Assembly: GCA_964622545.1 (NCBI GenBank)
Contig: CAZUQM010000015.1
Coordinates: forward strand, 71,997 to 135,996
Direction: 5' to 3'
Length of the DNA stretch: 64,000 nt
Origin: an uncultured Planctomycetales bacterium
GTDB lineage: Bacteria; Planctomycetota; Phycisphaerae; UBA1845; JAFGLZ01
In this document: in pieces, positions 55,220 through 64,000 of the stretch
Layout: each line of letters starts with the position of its first letter
How positions within the stretch are numbered: the first letter of the stretch is position 1
Program-made: the position numbers and the translations under genes
Notes under the pieces: model-generated
Databases searched by the model: none
The model's input: only the letters and a program-made list of their open reading frames with translations
What the model was told of the DNA's origin: nothing

Positions 55220-56200
55220 ATGACCAGCTTCACACAGATGACGGGACCGGCGGCGGCCAGGACCGCGGCCTTGCTGCTTGCGGCGGTGGTGACGCTGCCG
55301 GGCGAGCCGGTCGTGGGCGAGGCCAACAGCACCTACACCGCCCGTTCCGGCGACCGCCCGAAGGGCGTGATCGACGTGGCCACCTGCCAGTTCCCGGTCA
55401 GCGGCGACGTTGCGAAGAACGCATCCTGGATCCGCCGCCAGATGCGTCAGGCCCATGAGAAGGGCGCGAACGTGGTGCACTTCTCCGAGGTCGCCTTGTC
55501 CGGCTACGCCGGCGTGGACCGGGAGGACATGGAGGACTTCGATTGGGACGGGCAGCGCGCCGAGCTGGAATCGATCCTCGAGCTCGCCAACGAGCTGGAC
55601 GTCTGGGTCATCCTCGGCAGCGCCCACCGCCTGAGCGGCGATCACAAGCCGCACAACTCGCTCTACGTGATCGACCCGCAGGGCCGCGTCGTCGAGCGCT
55701 ATGACAAGCGCTTCTGCACCACCCGCGACCTGCGGCATTACTCGCCGGGCAATCACTTCGCCGTCTTCGACATCAACGGCGTCCGGTGCGGGCTGCTGAT
55801 CTGCTACGACATCCGCTTCCCGGAGCTCTACCGCCAGTACTGCAAGCGGGGCGTCCGCGTGATGTTTCACTCGTTCCACAACGCCCGCCAGAAGAAGGGG
55901 GCCATCCATCCCAAGATCATGCCGCCGACCGCCCAGGCCCGCGCCGCGACCAACAGCATGGTCATCTCGCTGAACAACTCGTCCGCGCCGCACAGTTGGC
56001 AGAGCCGGTTCATCACGCCCGACGGCCTCATCCGTGACGAGCTGACCCTGGATGAGCCCGGCGTGATGGTCAACCGCGTGAACGTCGCGACGAAGTTCTA
56101 CGACGCCAGCCGGCCCTACCGCCTGCAATGCATCGACGGCCTCTGGCACAGCGGCGAGATCGTCGACGACCCACGCTCTAAGGACCGACAGTGCTACTGA
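55220..56200 (+). CDS. Carbon-nitrogen hydrolase (nitrilase-superfamily) protein
   Basis: VATCQFPV..., HFSEVALSGY (Glu), YDKRF (Lys) and GLLICYDIRFPELYR (Cys) form the E-K-C triad context. It has an N-terminal signal-like region and starts 4 nt after the sialidase-like stop. Confidence 0.75.
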   Translation: MTSFTQMTGPAAARTAALLLAAVVTLPGEPVVGEANSTYTARSGDRPKGVIDVATCQFPVSGDVAKNASWIRRQMRQAHEKGANVVHFSEVALSGYAGVDREDMEDFDWDGQRAELESILELANELDVWVILGSAHRLSGDHKPHNSLYVIDPQGRVVERYDKRFCTTRDLRHYSPGNHFAVFDINGVRCGLLICYDIRFPELYRQYCKRGVRVMFHSFHNARQKKGAIHPKIMPPTAQARAATNSMVISLNNSSAPHSWQSRFITPDGLIRDELTLDEPGVMVNRVNVATKFYDASRPYRLQCIDGLWHSGEIVDDPRSKDRQCY

Positions 56201-56634
56201 CCGTTTGTGGTCTGGTCGCTCACGGCTCGGGCGCGATATCTCGGGCATGACAGGCAGCTCCGGCGGTGGTGCGTCAGGACCGCCCCGAGGATCCTCTTTC
56301 GATGGAGTTGCGGAGGATAGGCCCGACGTTGCCCAAGGGCTGCGCCGGCCGTTCCAGTGCGGCCCGGTTGAAACGCCTGACATGCAGGGGTATGGCTCCG
56401 CTCCCTGGCACGTTGCGGATGGATGCGTGCACTCGAGCCCCGCTGTTCCCAGCGGGGTTGACCGCGATGGCGCATCGCGGTCACGGCGATGACCACAGGA
56501 CGAACGCGCCGTATCGCGGGGCGAGTGTGGCAGGGACCGAAGGAGGCGACCGCGTTCCGTGGTGGGACGTCAGGACCGCACTGGGGACCCGGCTTCGCCG
56601 AGGCTACGCCGCGGGAACGACTGCGGCTCGGTTG

Positions 56635-57975
56635 CTACGGCCCGGCCGGGACGACCTTCAACCCGATCTCGGACGACTTGTTGGGCAGGTCCAGCCGCGG
56701 GCTGTGGGGGCTGTGGACGACGATGCGGCCCTGGAGATCGTGCACGCCGAGCCCGCTACCCTCGTCTTCGGCCTTCAACACGGGGCGGTCACGATCGTCG
56801 TAGACGGCGCAATCCACGAAGTCGATGCCACCGTGCTTGCGGGTGAGCTTCGGCCGCAGCAGCGTGGTCAGCAGCGGAAACCCACCCCGTCGTGACGGCT
56901 TGCCGCCGTCGCCCAGGCCGACGTCGCGCCACCTGCAGTCGACGAACCGGACCCGCGCCCCGTCGGCCGACTTGTCGTAGACGAAGATACCGCCCTTGGC
57001 CGTGTTCTCGATGGTGCAATTGACGAATGCGATCTGACCCTTCGGCCCGTCGTCCTTGACGGCCCCCACGCCGATGCCGACGTCCGCGCCGCCGCGGATG
57101 TAGCAGTCCTCCACGCGAAGGGACACGGGGTCGCTCTCGCGGCTCAGGTTCTTCAGGTAGACCAGCACGCCCGCCCCGCGGTTGCCGGCCATGACGCAGC
57201 GGCGCATCACGCAATTGACGAGCTTCTCCCGCGCGTGGTTGGGCTCGAAGTCGATCCCCGCCTGGGGGGGTGTCCCGCCCGTGTTCGACAGCACGCAGTT
57301 CTCGATCAGCAGGTTGACCGCGCTGATGACGCTGATGCCCTGCCGGTGGTGGTCGTCGCAGACGACGTCGCGGATGACGACGTCGGCACAGTAGCCCAGC
57401 TTCGCCGTCGCCCCGAGGTAGATGCCGTCCCCGCCGCTGCTCTCGAGGCGAACGCCCTCGACCCGGACCCGCCGACACCCCATGAAGTCGAGCGTCATCC
57501 GCCATTCGGCCTTGTCGTAGGGCTCCCGCTGGTAGTCCTTCTTGCGCATCCGCAGCGTCGCGCCGTAGCCGCGCACGGTGATGTCGGCCGCATCCACGGC
57601 CGTGAACATCGAGTCGCCCTTGCCCCGAAACGCTCCCTTCTTGGCCAGCACCACGACGCCCGGCTCGAAGACCAGCTCGAGCCCGCTCCGAAGCTTGATG
57701 GGCGTGACGATCCAGTCGGCCCCGACGTAGGGGACGACGACGGTCGCCGCGCCGGAGTCGATGGCCGCCTGGAGGCAGGCCGTGGCGTCCTGCCGATCGA
57801 ACCCCCACCACGCCGCGTTGGCCACGCTCCGCCTGCCGGCCCGGACGTCTCTGACCGCGTCGGGGTTGGCGGCGTCCGGCAGCGGAGCCTCGGCGCGAGC
57901 CGGCCCCGTCGCGGCGGCCAAAGCGAGGATCAACACGAATGCGAACGGACGAACGGCAAGACACGATCGTGCCAT
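56635..57975 (-). CDS. Secreted right-handed beta-helix (pectin-lyase-fold) protein
   Basis: Signal MARSCLAVRPFAFVLILALAAATGPARA. Coil repeats VRVEGVRLESSGGDGIYLG / VVIRDVVCDDHHRQGISV / LLIENCVLSNTGG..AGIDFE / CVMRRCVMAGNRGAGVLV. Confidence 0.6.
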   Translation of the reverse strand: MARSCLAVRPFAFVLILALAAATGPARAEAPLPDAANPDAVRDVRAGRRSVANAAWWGFDRQDATACLQAAIDSGAATVVVPYVGADWIVTPIKLRSGLELVFEPGVVVLAKKGAFRGKGDSMFTAVDAADITVRGYGATLRMRKKDYQREPYDKAEWRMTLDFMGCRRVRVEGVRLESSGGDGIYLGATAKLGYCADVVIRDVVCDDHHRQGISVISAVNLLIENCVLSNTGGTPPQAGIDFEPNHAREKLVNCVMRRCVMAGNRGAGVLVYLKNLSRESDPVSLRVEDCYIRGGADVGIGVGAVKDDGPKGQIAFVNCTIENTAKGGIFVYDKSADGARVRFVDCRWRDVGLGDGGKPSRRGGFPLLTTLLRPKLTRKHGGIDFVDCAVYDDRDRPVLKAEDEGSGLGVHDLQGRIVVHSPHSPRLDLPNKSSEIGLKVVPAGP

Positions 57976-58014
57976 GGCGCGGCTCCCTCGGATGGTGAAC
58001 GGTTCGCTAGGGCC

Positions 58015-59385
58015 TCAGACCTTCTCGGGCTCCGGATGCACCCACGGGGCGCGATAGCTGCGGCGCAGCAGGCGGTTGGCCTCGTCGTCGCCGGGCACCA
58101 CGCCCTTGGACGGGTCGTACGCCAGCGTCCGGCCCAGCTTCAACGACAGGTTCGCCAGGATGCAGCAGATGCTCGAGATGCAGCCCTCCTCGATGTCGGC
58201 CACGCACCGGCCGCGCGAGGCGATGTTGCGGAGGAAGTCCTTCATGTGCCAGCGAATCGCCGAGGCGCAGTGCTGCTCGAGGCCCTTCTCGTTCTTGTCC
58301 TCGGGATACTGGTCGTATTCGTAGAGCGGTGTGCCCGAGGCCGCCGGCGTCTTCTTGCCCAGGGGGTAGTAGTCGTACTTGTGGACGCTGGCCTTCAGCG
58401 TGCCCTGATCACCGCGGAGCGTCGCGCTCCAACGGTAGTCGGGGTCGACCGCGTCCCCCCACGCGCGGTGGTTCCACACGATCTGCAGGTCGTCGTAGTC
58501 GAAGATCGCCGTCTGCGTGTCGGGCCGGTTCGACCTGCTGTCCTTGTGGACGAGGATGCCGCCGTGCGAGCTAATCCGTTTCGGCCAACCGAGCCCCAGC
58601 ATCCAACGGGCCATGTCGAGCATGTGGATGCCCATGTCGCCGATGATCCCGTTGCCGTACTCCATATACGCCCGCCAGCCCTTCGGATGCTTGCCCTTGT
58701 AGAACGGCCGCATCGGGGCCGGGCCCGTCCACATCTCGTAGTCGAGGTAGTCGGGTGGGTCCAGTTGGGGCGGGTTGAATCGGCCGCCCATCCGGTAGTA
58801 GCAGCAGATGTCCACCTGAGAGACGTTGCCCAGCTTGCCCTCGCGGACGATCCGGTCACGGGCCTCGATCAGGTGTGGCGTGCTGCGACGTTGCGTGCCC
58901 ACCTGCACCACCCGGCCGTGCTTACGGGCGGCCGCCAGCATGGCCTGGCTCTCGACCACGTCCACGCTGGTCGGTTTCTGGACGTAGACGTCGGCCCCCG
59001 CCTGGACCGCCTCGATCATGGGCAGCGCATGCCAGTGGTCGGGCGTGGCGATGAGCACGATGTCCAGGTTCTTGGCCTTGAGCATCTCGCGGTAGTCGGA
59101 GTAGGTGCGCGGCCGCTTCTTCGAGACCTGCCGGGAGGCGGCGATGTCGGCCGCTTCGTTGAGCAAGCGCCGGTCGACGTCGCAGATCGAGACGATCTCG
59201 ACCGGCGCGAGTTGCACCAACCGCCAGAGGTCGCACTTGCCGTACCAGCCGCTGCCGATCAGGCCGACGCGTTTCTTCATGCCGGCGAACTCGTCGGCAA
59301 ACGGGGCGGCGTGCGTCGTCGAACGGCCCAACGCGAGTCCGGCGGCGCCCACGGCACTCCTCTGGAGAAAACTACGTCGGTTCAT
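58015..59385 (-). CDS. Tat-exported Gfo/Idh/MocA-family oxidoreductase
   Basis: MNRRSFLQRSAVGAAGLALG (Tat signal). KRVGLIGSGWYGK (Rossmann). DIVLIATPDHWHALPMIEAVQAGADVYVQKP. The start is 59385 or 59397. Confidence 0.75.
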   Translation of the reverse strand: MNRRSFLQRSAVGAAGLALGRSTTHAAPFADEFAGMKKRVGLIGSGWYGKCDLWRLVQLAPVEIVSICDVDRRLLNEAADIAASRQVSKKRPRTYSDYREMLKAKNLDIVLIATPDHWHALPMIEAVQAGADVYVQKPTSVDVVESQAMLAAARKHGRVVQVGTQRRSTPHLIEARDRIVREGKLGNVSQVDICCYYRMGGRFNPPQLDPPDYLDYEMWTGPAPMRPFYKGKHPKGWRAYMEYGNGIIGDMGIHMLDMARWMLGLGWPKRISSHGGILVHKDSRSNRPDTQTAIFDYDDLQIVWNHRAWGDAVDPDYRWSATLRGDQGTLKASVHKYDYYPLGKKTPAASGTPLYEYDQYPEDKNEKGLEQHCASAIRWHMKDFLRNIASRGRCVADIEEGCISSICCILANLSLKLGRTLAYDPSKGVVPGDDEANRLLRRSYRAPWVHPEPEKV

Positions 59386-59454
59386 GGGTCGTATCATCCT
59401 CCTGGCTGAGGCGGGCTGATCAAGATCCACCCTACGGTTGCCCACGGCACCCGC

Positions 59455-60213
59455 TCAGGGCAGCTCGCGAATCCGCAACTGCTTGAACTCGATCGGCGAG
59501 CCCTCCGACTCCAGACACAAGTAACCCGTGCTGGGCTGACAGTCGGTGCCGCCCGAGACCTCCTCGCCGTTGACCCACAGGCGGACCTCGCCATTGATGC
59601 AGCGGACGTAATAGTGGTTCCACTGGCCGGCGGGCTTGCTCAGGTTCTTCGAGGGGAAGCTCCGGCTGCCGTTGGGCGAGAGCGGCGGGAACGGCTTCAT
59701 CTTCGACTTGCCCACGGGGAAGACATCGCCGTGACACGTGAACCAGTCGGCCGGCTTCTTGGTCCGCTTCTTGTAGTTCTCGGCGAAGCCCAGGTCGAGC
59801 ACCTGAACCTCGATACCATGCGGCAGGCCGGGCTTGCCCTCCTTCGTGAGCTTCTCGATCGATTCGTCCGTCGCCCACACGAAGATGCCGGAGTTGCCGC
59901 CCTTCTTGCGGTGCACCCATTGGCACGAGAGCTCGAAGTTCGTGAACGTCTTCTTCGTGCGCATCACACCAATCGGCTGGCCGGTGCAGTGCAACACCTT
60001 GCCCTTCCACGTCCACGTATCCGGCTTGCAGTTGACGTGGGTGAAGTCCTTGGCCTCCAGGTCGCGCCACCCCGGTCCCGTCCCGTCGAGGCACGCCTTC
60101 GGCCGTTCACAGGCGTCGCCCGCGCCGAAGGCGTCACCCGTCATCGCCGCGCCCGTCATCAGGAGGCACGCCACCGTCCACCGCACGCCGTCTCGCAATC
60201 CGCAGCATCTCAT
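59455..60213 (-). CDS. DUF1080 (3-keto-disaccharide-hydrolase-like, concanavalin fold) protein
   Basis: aaggag RBS 8 nt before ATG 60213. ...WTWKGKVLHCTG..GVMRTKKTFTNFELSCQWVH..GGNSGIFVW...HGIEVQVLD...NHYYVRCINGEVRLWVNGEEV...GYLCLESEGSPIEFKQLRIREL is the DUF1080 pattern. Confidence 0.75.
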   Translation of the reverse strand: MRCCGLRDGVRWTVACLLMTGAAMTGDAFGAGDACERPKACLDGTGPGWRDLEAKDFTHVNCKPDTWTWKGKVLHCTGQPIGVMRTKKTFTNFELSCQWVHRKKGGNSGIFVWATDESIEKLTKEGKPGLPHGIEVQVLDLGFAENYKKRTKKPADWFTCHGDVFPVGKSKMKPFPPLSPNGSRSFPSKNLSKPAGQWNHYYVRCINGEVRLWVNGEEVSGGTDCQPSTGYLCLESEGSPIEFKQLRIRELP

Positions 60214-60783
60214 GAGCAAGTCTCCTTTCGTCGTCGTCATGTCCGGCCGGTGTGTCCTCTCGTCCGTGGGCCTATCGCGCCGACCGGCATGGAGGGCAGT
60301 TCGAGGGGCCCCCACCGGCCGGCTGGCGTCCGCCGGACAGGGGGGCTCCGCCGGCGCCGCGATCCATCCTGGCTGATCACCGCGACCGACCGCACCGGTT
60401 GCATCAGGCTTCTCGTCAGGGCGAGACCATCACAAAGCCCCGCGAACCCTTCCCGACCAAGCTGCGGGCATCATACATCCCAGCCCCTACCGTGCAAGCG
60501 TGGATTCGGCCTCCGCACGATGTTGAGCCTAATGGTGGTGCTGAACCATCGCACGGAACCCGGGTGACTACCGCAAACCCAGCAGAGACCGCCGTCGTCC
60601 CACGCGTCTCCCAAGCCAGCCTTACGGGAACCGCTTGCCGCGACGAGGCATCCAAGACTTCGGACCGACAGAACCGCGCTCGGAACCAGGCCCCCCGTCG
60701 GGCCTGACAAAGGGGCGTCGACCAGACACATCAAAGCCGTCGTCCCTCCAGAAGCGCGAGCCGGACCCAGATGGAGACAGACC

Positions 60784-61545
60784 ATGAAACCCGTACCCAT
60801 CCAAGACAAAGCCGCCCTGGTCACCGGGGCCAATCGAGGCATCGGCAAGGCCATCACCGAGGTGCTTCTGGCCAACAAGGCCGCCAGGGTCTACGCGGCC
60901 GTTCGAGACCCCGCCTCCGCCGAGCCGCTCGTCGCCGAGCATGGGAGCCGCGTCGTGCCGATCGAGGTCGACCTCGCCAGCGATGACCTCGTAACCGCCG
61001 CGGCCGAGAAGGCCGACGACACGTTCATCGTGGTCAACAACGCCGGCATCCTTCGCACGAAGACCGCCCTGTCCGACGGGGCCATCGACGACCTGCGGGA
61101 CGAGATCGACGTCAACGTCTACGGCCTGATCCGAATCGCCCGCGCCTTCGCCCCGGTTCTCAAGGCCAACGGAGGCGGCGCGTTCGTCCAGTTGAACTCG
61201 ATCGTGTCGATGAAGTGCTTCTCGGACTTTACCACGTATTGCGCGTCCAAGGCCGCGGCCTACTCGGTCACGCAGGCCCTTCGCGAGCAGCTCGCCGAAC
61301 AGGGCACATCGGTGGTCAGCGTCCATCCGGGGCCCATCGCAACACGGATGGCCGAGAAGGCGGGCATGACCGAGATGGCCGAGCAGCCCTCCCTCGTGGG
61401 CGAGGCCATCGTCGAGGCCCTGCGAACCGGCACCTTCCACGTCTTCCCCGACTCCATGGCCCGGCAGATCGGCCAGGCCTACCGGAGCTTCGCCGAGACC
61501 GTCGTGGAGTCCGACATCGGCGAGGAGGCGCCGGCCACGGCGTGA
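60784..61545 (+). CDS. Short-chain dehydrogenase/reductase (SDR)
   Basis: [13 protein letters not shown] (TGxxxGxG), VNNAGI, and YCASKAA (YxxxK). Confidence 0.85.
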   Translation: MKPVPIQDKAALVTGANRGIGKAITEVLLANKAARVYAAVRDPASAEPLVAEHGSRVVPIEVDLASDDLVTAAAEKADDTFIVVNNAGILRTKTALSDGAIDDLRDEIDVNVYGLIRIARAFAPVLKANGGGAFVQLNSIVSMKCFSDFTTYCASKAAAYSVTQALREQLAEQGTSVVSVHPGPIATRMAEKAGMTEMAEQPSLVGEAIVEALRTGTFHVFPDSMARQIGQAYRSFAETVVESDIGEEAPATA

Positions 61546-62293
61546 TGATCTCGCCGCGACGGGTTCATAAACCGGCATGCCCAAGCGTTGTGGACATGCC
61601 AGGAGGACGAAAGAGGGCGTGCAACCCCTCGACCGTCGGCGACCGCATAATCCCCTTGCGCATCCCTCACCCACACGCAACAGTGGCCCCCACCCTCGGT
61701 GCCATGTCCACCGAGCCACTGCGAACGCCACACCGACAGGGTTAGCCTGGTGGATCTCGTGCCGGAGCGCACTCGCCCTGCCTGCTCTCACGGCCGAGGG
61801 ATCACCATGTGGGATTAACTGCCCCATGACCTTGCGCGAAACTGGCACCCCCCTCGCCCGAAAGGCGGTTGCCCTGGCCCGACGAATCGGCGATAAAGGC
61901 CGGTAGCGACTGGGGATCGCGTATGGACGCCACTCGGCTGAAACCCTCGTGCCTCTTCATGCAGCGTGCCCTATGTTCGATCGGCCCGGGGAGACGTCTC
62001 GTGGGCCATCGGCCGCTCGATGAGCTTCGCACGGCCAGGAAGCTGTCGACGGGCTGGCCGAGCCCCGGATCGAACGGCCTCATCGGCACGGATAGCAACT
62101 CGCCGGTTGTCACATGGGAGCATTGTCGGTCGTCGTCTTCCAGAGCCATCTGCGTATCCGCGAGGCCAAGGGCCGCCGGATCTTGGCGGGCCTCGCCGCG
62201 GAGAGCCTGACTCGACGTTCAGTCCCGGGCTCCCCCAAGCTCGCCGGCCGGGGGGCGGGGCGATGGCGACGCGACTGAGCGGAAGAGCCCATC

Positions 62294-64000
62294 ATGATGG
62301 ATGAAGTCAAGTCACGCTACGGGCAGATCAAGCTCTTCGCGGTGCTGGCCGTGCTGGGCACGGCGGCGGCCCGCCTCTCCGTCCAGATCCCCCACACCGA
62401 GGTCTTCATCGAGGGTCGGTGGATCTTCGGCTTCATCGGGTTCGCCCTGCTGAGCCGGTGGTGGTCGGCGCTGCTCCTGGCCGCCGTGTTGTCGATCCCC
62501 CACCTCTCGGACGTGCCCCTCATCGTGGGATTCCTTGGCAATATGTCCTATGCCGTGCCCTGTCTGGTGGTGATTCGCCCGACGCATGCCCATGTCCTCG
62601 ATCGCTTCCGCGCCCCCATCGCCTACGCCCTCGGCTGGTTTGTGGTCGTCCTGCTCTGTTACCAGGCCTTCAATACGCCGTTGGTGTGGGCCATCTCCGC
62701 TGCGATCAAGGATGCGCCCATCTGGCCCGCCGTCCTGGATGGCTGGCGGACGCAGCCCTTCCTGATCGAGTCCTTGTTGGTCGGGTTGGTCTCGGCGTCC
62801 ATCATGGCCGCCCTCCGCAGCACGATCCAGCTCCGGCAGACCACGCGGCGCCTCGATCACATCAATCGCATCCTCCTGGCCATCCGCAACGTCAACCAAC
62901 TCATCACGGAAGAGAAGGACCACGCGCGCCTGTTGGACAAGGCCTGCCAGATGCTCGTCGAGACCCGCGGTTTCTACAACGCTTGGATCGCCTTGCTCGA
63001 CGAAACCAAGACCGTCGCCACGACGACGGTCTCCGCCGGATTCGATGGCGGCTTCGACGCGATGGCCCGACGATTGAAGGACGGCCAATTCCCCACGTGT
63101 ATGAGGGAAGCCCTTGCGGGGAATACCGTCGTCGTGACGGCCGACCCGCAAACCGATTGCCCGGAATGCCTTCTGAAAAGCGTGTACGACGACCGGGCCA
63201 GCCTGGCCCGCAGCCTGGCCTCAGACGGCCAGCTATACGGTGTCTTCTCGGTCTCGGTCCCACGGGCCTACGCCCTCGACGCCGAGGAGCAGAGCCTTTT
63301 CAACGAGGTCGCCGACGACCTGGCCTTCGCCCTGCACAAGCTCGAGGCCGAGCGGCAGCTTCGCCGCCTGGAGCGCGTCGTCAGCACCATCTCTCAGCCC
63401 ATGTCCTTCGTCTCGAAAAACTACCGTTACCTGGCCGTCAACGACATCTACGCGGAGCTCTACGATGCCGGAGCGGACCAGATCGTCGGAAGCTCCGTGG
63501 CCGATTTCTGCGGCCAGGCCGTCTTCGATGCCGGGATCAAGCCGCAACTCGACCGCTGTCTTGCCGGCGAGACCGTCCGCTACGAAGTTCAGGTCGACTT
63601 CCCCGGCAAAGGCACGCGCTGGATGGAAATGGAATATACGCCGTACCGCGACGAAAACGGCGAGATCACCGGCGTCGTCTCGCACGGCCTGGACATCACC
63701 GAGCGCAAGCGGGCCGAGCGAGAACTCCGTGAGAGCGAGGCGAGGTTTCGCCTGACGTTCGACCGGTCGCCGATCGGGGCGGCTATCGTGTCGACCGATT
63801 TCACGTTCCAGGACGTCAACGCCGAGCTATGCCGGATCTCCGGCTACACCAAGCAGGAGCTGGTCGGATCGCCCATCACCAAGCTCGTCCATCCCGATGA
63901 CGTCGCCGAGGATATGGAGAGAGGCAACCAACTGGTGATGAGCCAGGTCGACCGGTACGACCGCGAGGAGCGATGCATCCGTAAGGACGGCCAAATCATC
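62294..64000 (+). CDS. Membrane-anchored GAF + PAS sensor protein (signal transduction), 3' end beyond the window
   Basis: Absent from the ORF track because it has no stop; in frame from ATG 62294 to 64000. The N-terminus has about 5 TM segments. This is followed by a GAF-like region (LLDKACQMLVETRGFYNAWIALLDE...LYGVFSVSV) and at least two PAS units (...GEITGVVSHGLDITERKRAERELRESEARFRLTFDRSPIGAAIV...). Confidence 0.7.
   Translation, partial: MMDEVKSRYGQIKLFAVLAVLGTAAARLSVQIPHTEVFIEGRWIFGFIGFALLSRWWSALLLAAVLSIPHLSDVPLIVGFLGNMSYAVPCLVVIRPTHAHVLDRFRAPIAYALGWFVVVLLCYQAFNTPLVWAISAAIKDAPIWPAVLDGWRTQPFLIESLLVGLVSASIMAALRSTIQLRQTTRRLDHINRILLAIRNVNQLITEEKDHARLLDKACQMLVETRGFYNAWIALLDETKTVATTTVSAGFDGGFDAMARRLKDGQFPTCMREALAGNTVVVTADPQTDCPECLLKSVYDDRASLARSLASDGQLYGVFSVSVPRAYALDAEEQSLFNEVADDLAFALHKLEAERQLRRLERVVSTISQPMSFVSKNYRYLAVNDIYAELYDAGADQIVGSSVADFCGQAVFDAGIKPQLDRCLAGETVRYEVQVDFPGKGTRWMEMEYTPYRDENGEITGVVSHGLDITERKRAERELRESEARFRLTFDRSPIGAAIVSTDFTFQDVNAELCRISGYTKQELVGSPITKLVHPDDVAEDMERGNQLVMSQVDRYDREERCIRKDGQII

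Noticed and set aside
56438-56482. Two adjacent hairpins (ccccgctg-ttcc-cagcgggg and gaccgcgat-ggcgc-atcgcggtc) in the 434-nt convergent intergenic region
   Set aside because: They have no T tracts and lie 150-240 nt from either stop codon, so they are not convincing as terminators. They may still be structured RNA/DNA.
57235-59409. 724-aa + strand ORF
   Set aside because: It spans two well-supported minus-strand genes (beta-helix protein and Gfo/Idh/MocA oxidoreductase), and its sequence is junk.
61802-62149. 115-aa minus-strand ORF
   Set aside because: It has junk-like composition, no RBS and no recognisable motif.

Overview
All family assignments here come from reading motifs by eye. No BLAST, HMM or structure search was run, and the function of the island operon is unknown.

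The window is high-GC chromosomal DNA that looks planctomycetal. Supporting markers are a DUF1559/prepilin-type pseudopilin paralogue, Tat-signal Gfo/Idh/MocA oxidoreductases paired with DUF1080, giant secreted PQQ-type beta-propeller proteins and zinc-ribbon membrane proteins. I count about 50 protein genes and one tRNA. There is no rRNA, CRISPR array or transposase.

- **Left third (1-19.6 kb):** a TolC-like channel behind a perfect sigma70 consensus promoter, a polytopic membrane protein, a WYL regulator, dtd, and secreted sugar-active enzymes (GH127-like, two xylose-isomerase-fold TIM barrels).
- **19.8-27 kb:** two tandem giant secreted proteins with an N-terminal class-I methyltransferase-like domain and PQQ-like beta-propeller repeats. 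A third paralogue lies at 47.7-51 kb.
- **27.3-36.9 kb:** a complete MoxR-DUF58-DUF4381-BatA-BatB-BatC-BatD-BatE (aerotolerance-type) operon. It is interrupted by a lower-GC four-helix-bundle (23S-IVS-type) gene cassette flanked by inverted 8-mer repeat blocks.
- **Most interesting region (39.2-47.5 kb):** tRNA-Arg(CCG) is followed by a roughly 8.2 kb, visibly lower-GC island bounded by a 36-nt direct repeat of the tRNA 3' half.
  - At its left end a 5'-truncated tyrosine integrase abuts a 5'-truncated alpha-2-macroglobulin gene.
  - The cargo is a tightly coupled eight-gene operon: PflX-like radical SAM, a 69-aa protein, a Ycf46-like AAA+ ATPase, a DUF1257/Ycf35-like protein, a DUF2997-like protein, a zinc-ribbon/multi-TM/catalytically dead S26-like protein, a TPR protein and a PilT-like ATPase.
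  - I cannot map this operon onto any described system.
- **Right third (51-64 kb):** a periplasmic glycan-processing cluster (beta-helix proteins, BNR sialidase-like, C-N hydrolase, Tat oxidoreductases, DUF1080, SDR), then a membrane GAF/PAS sensor that runs off the window.
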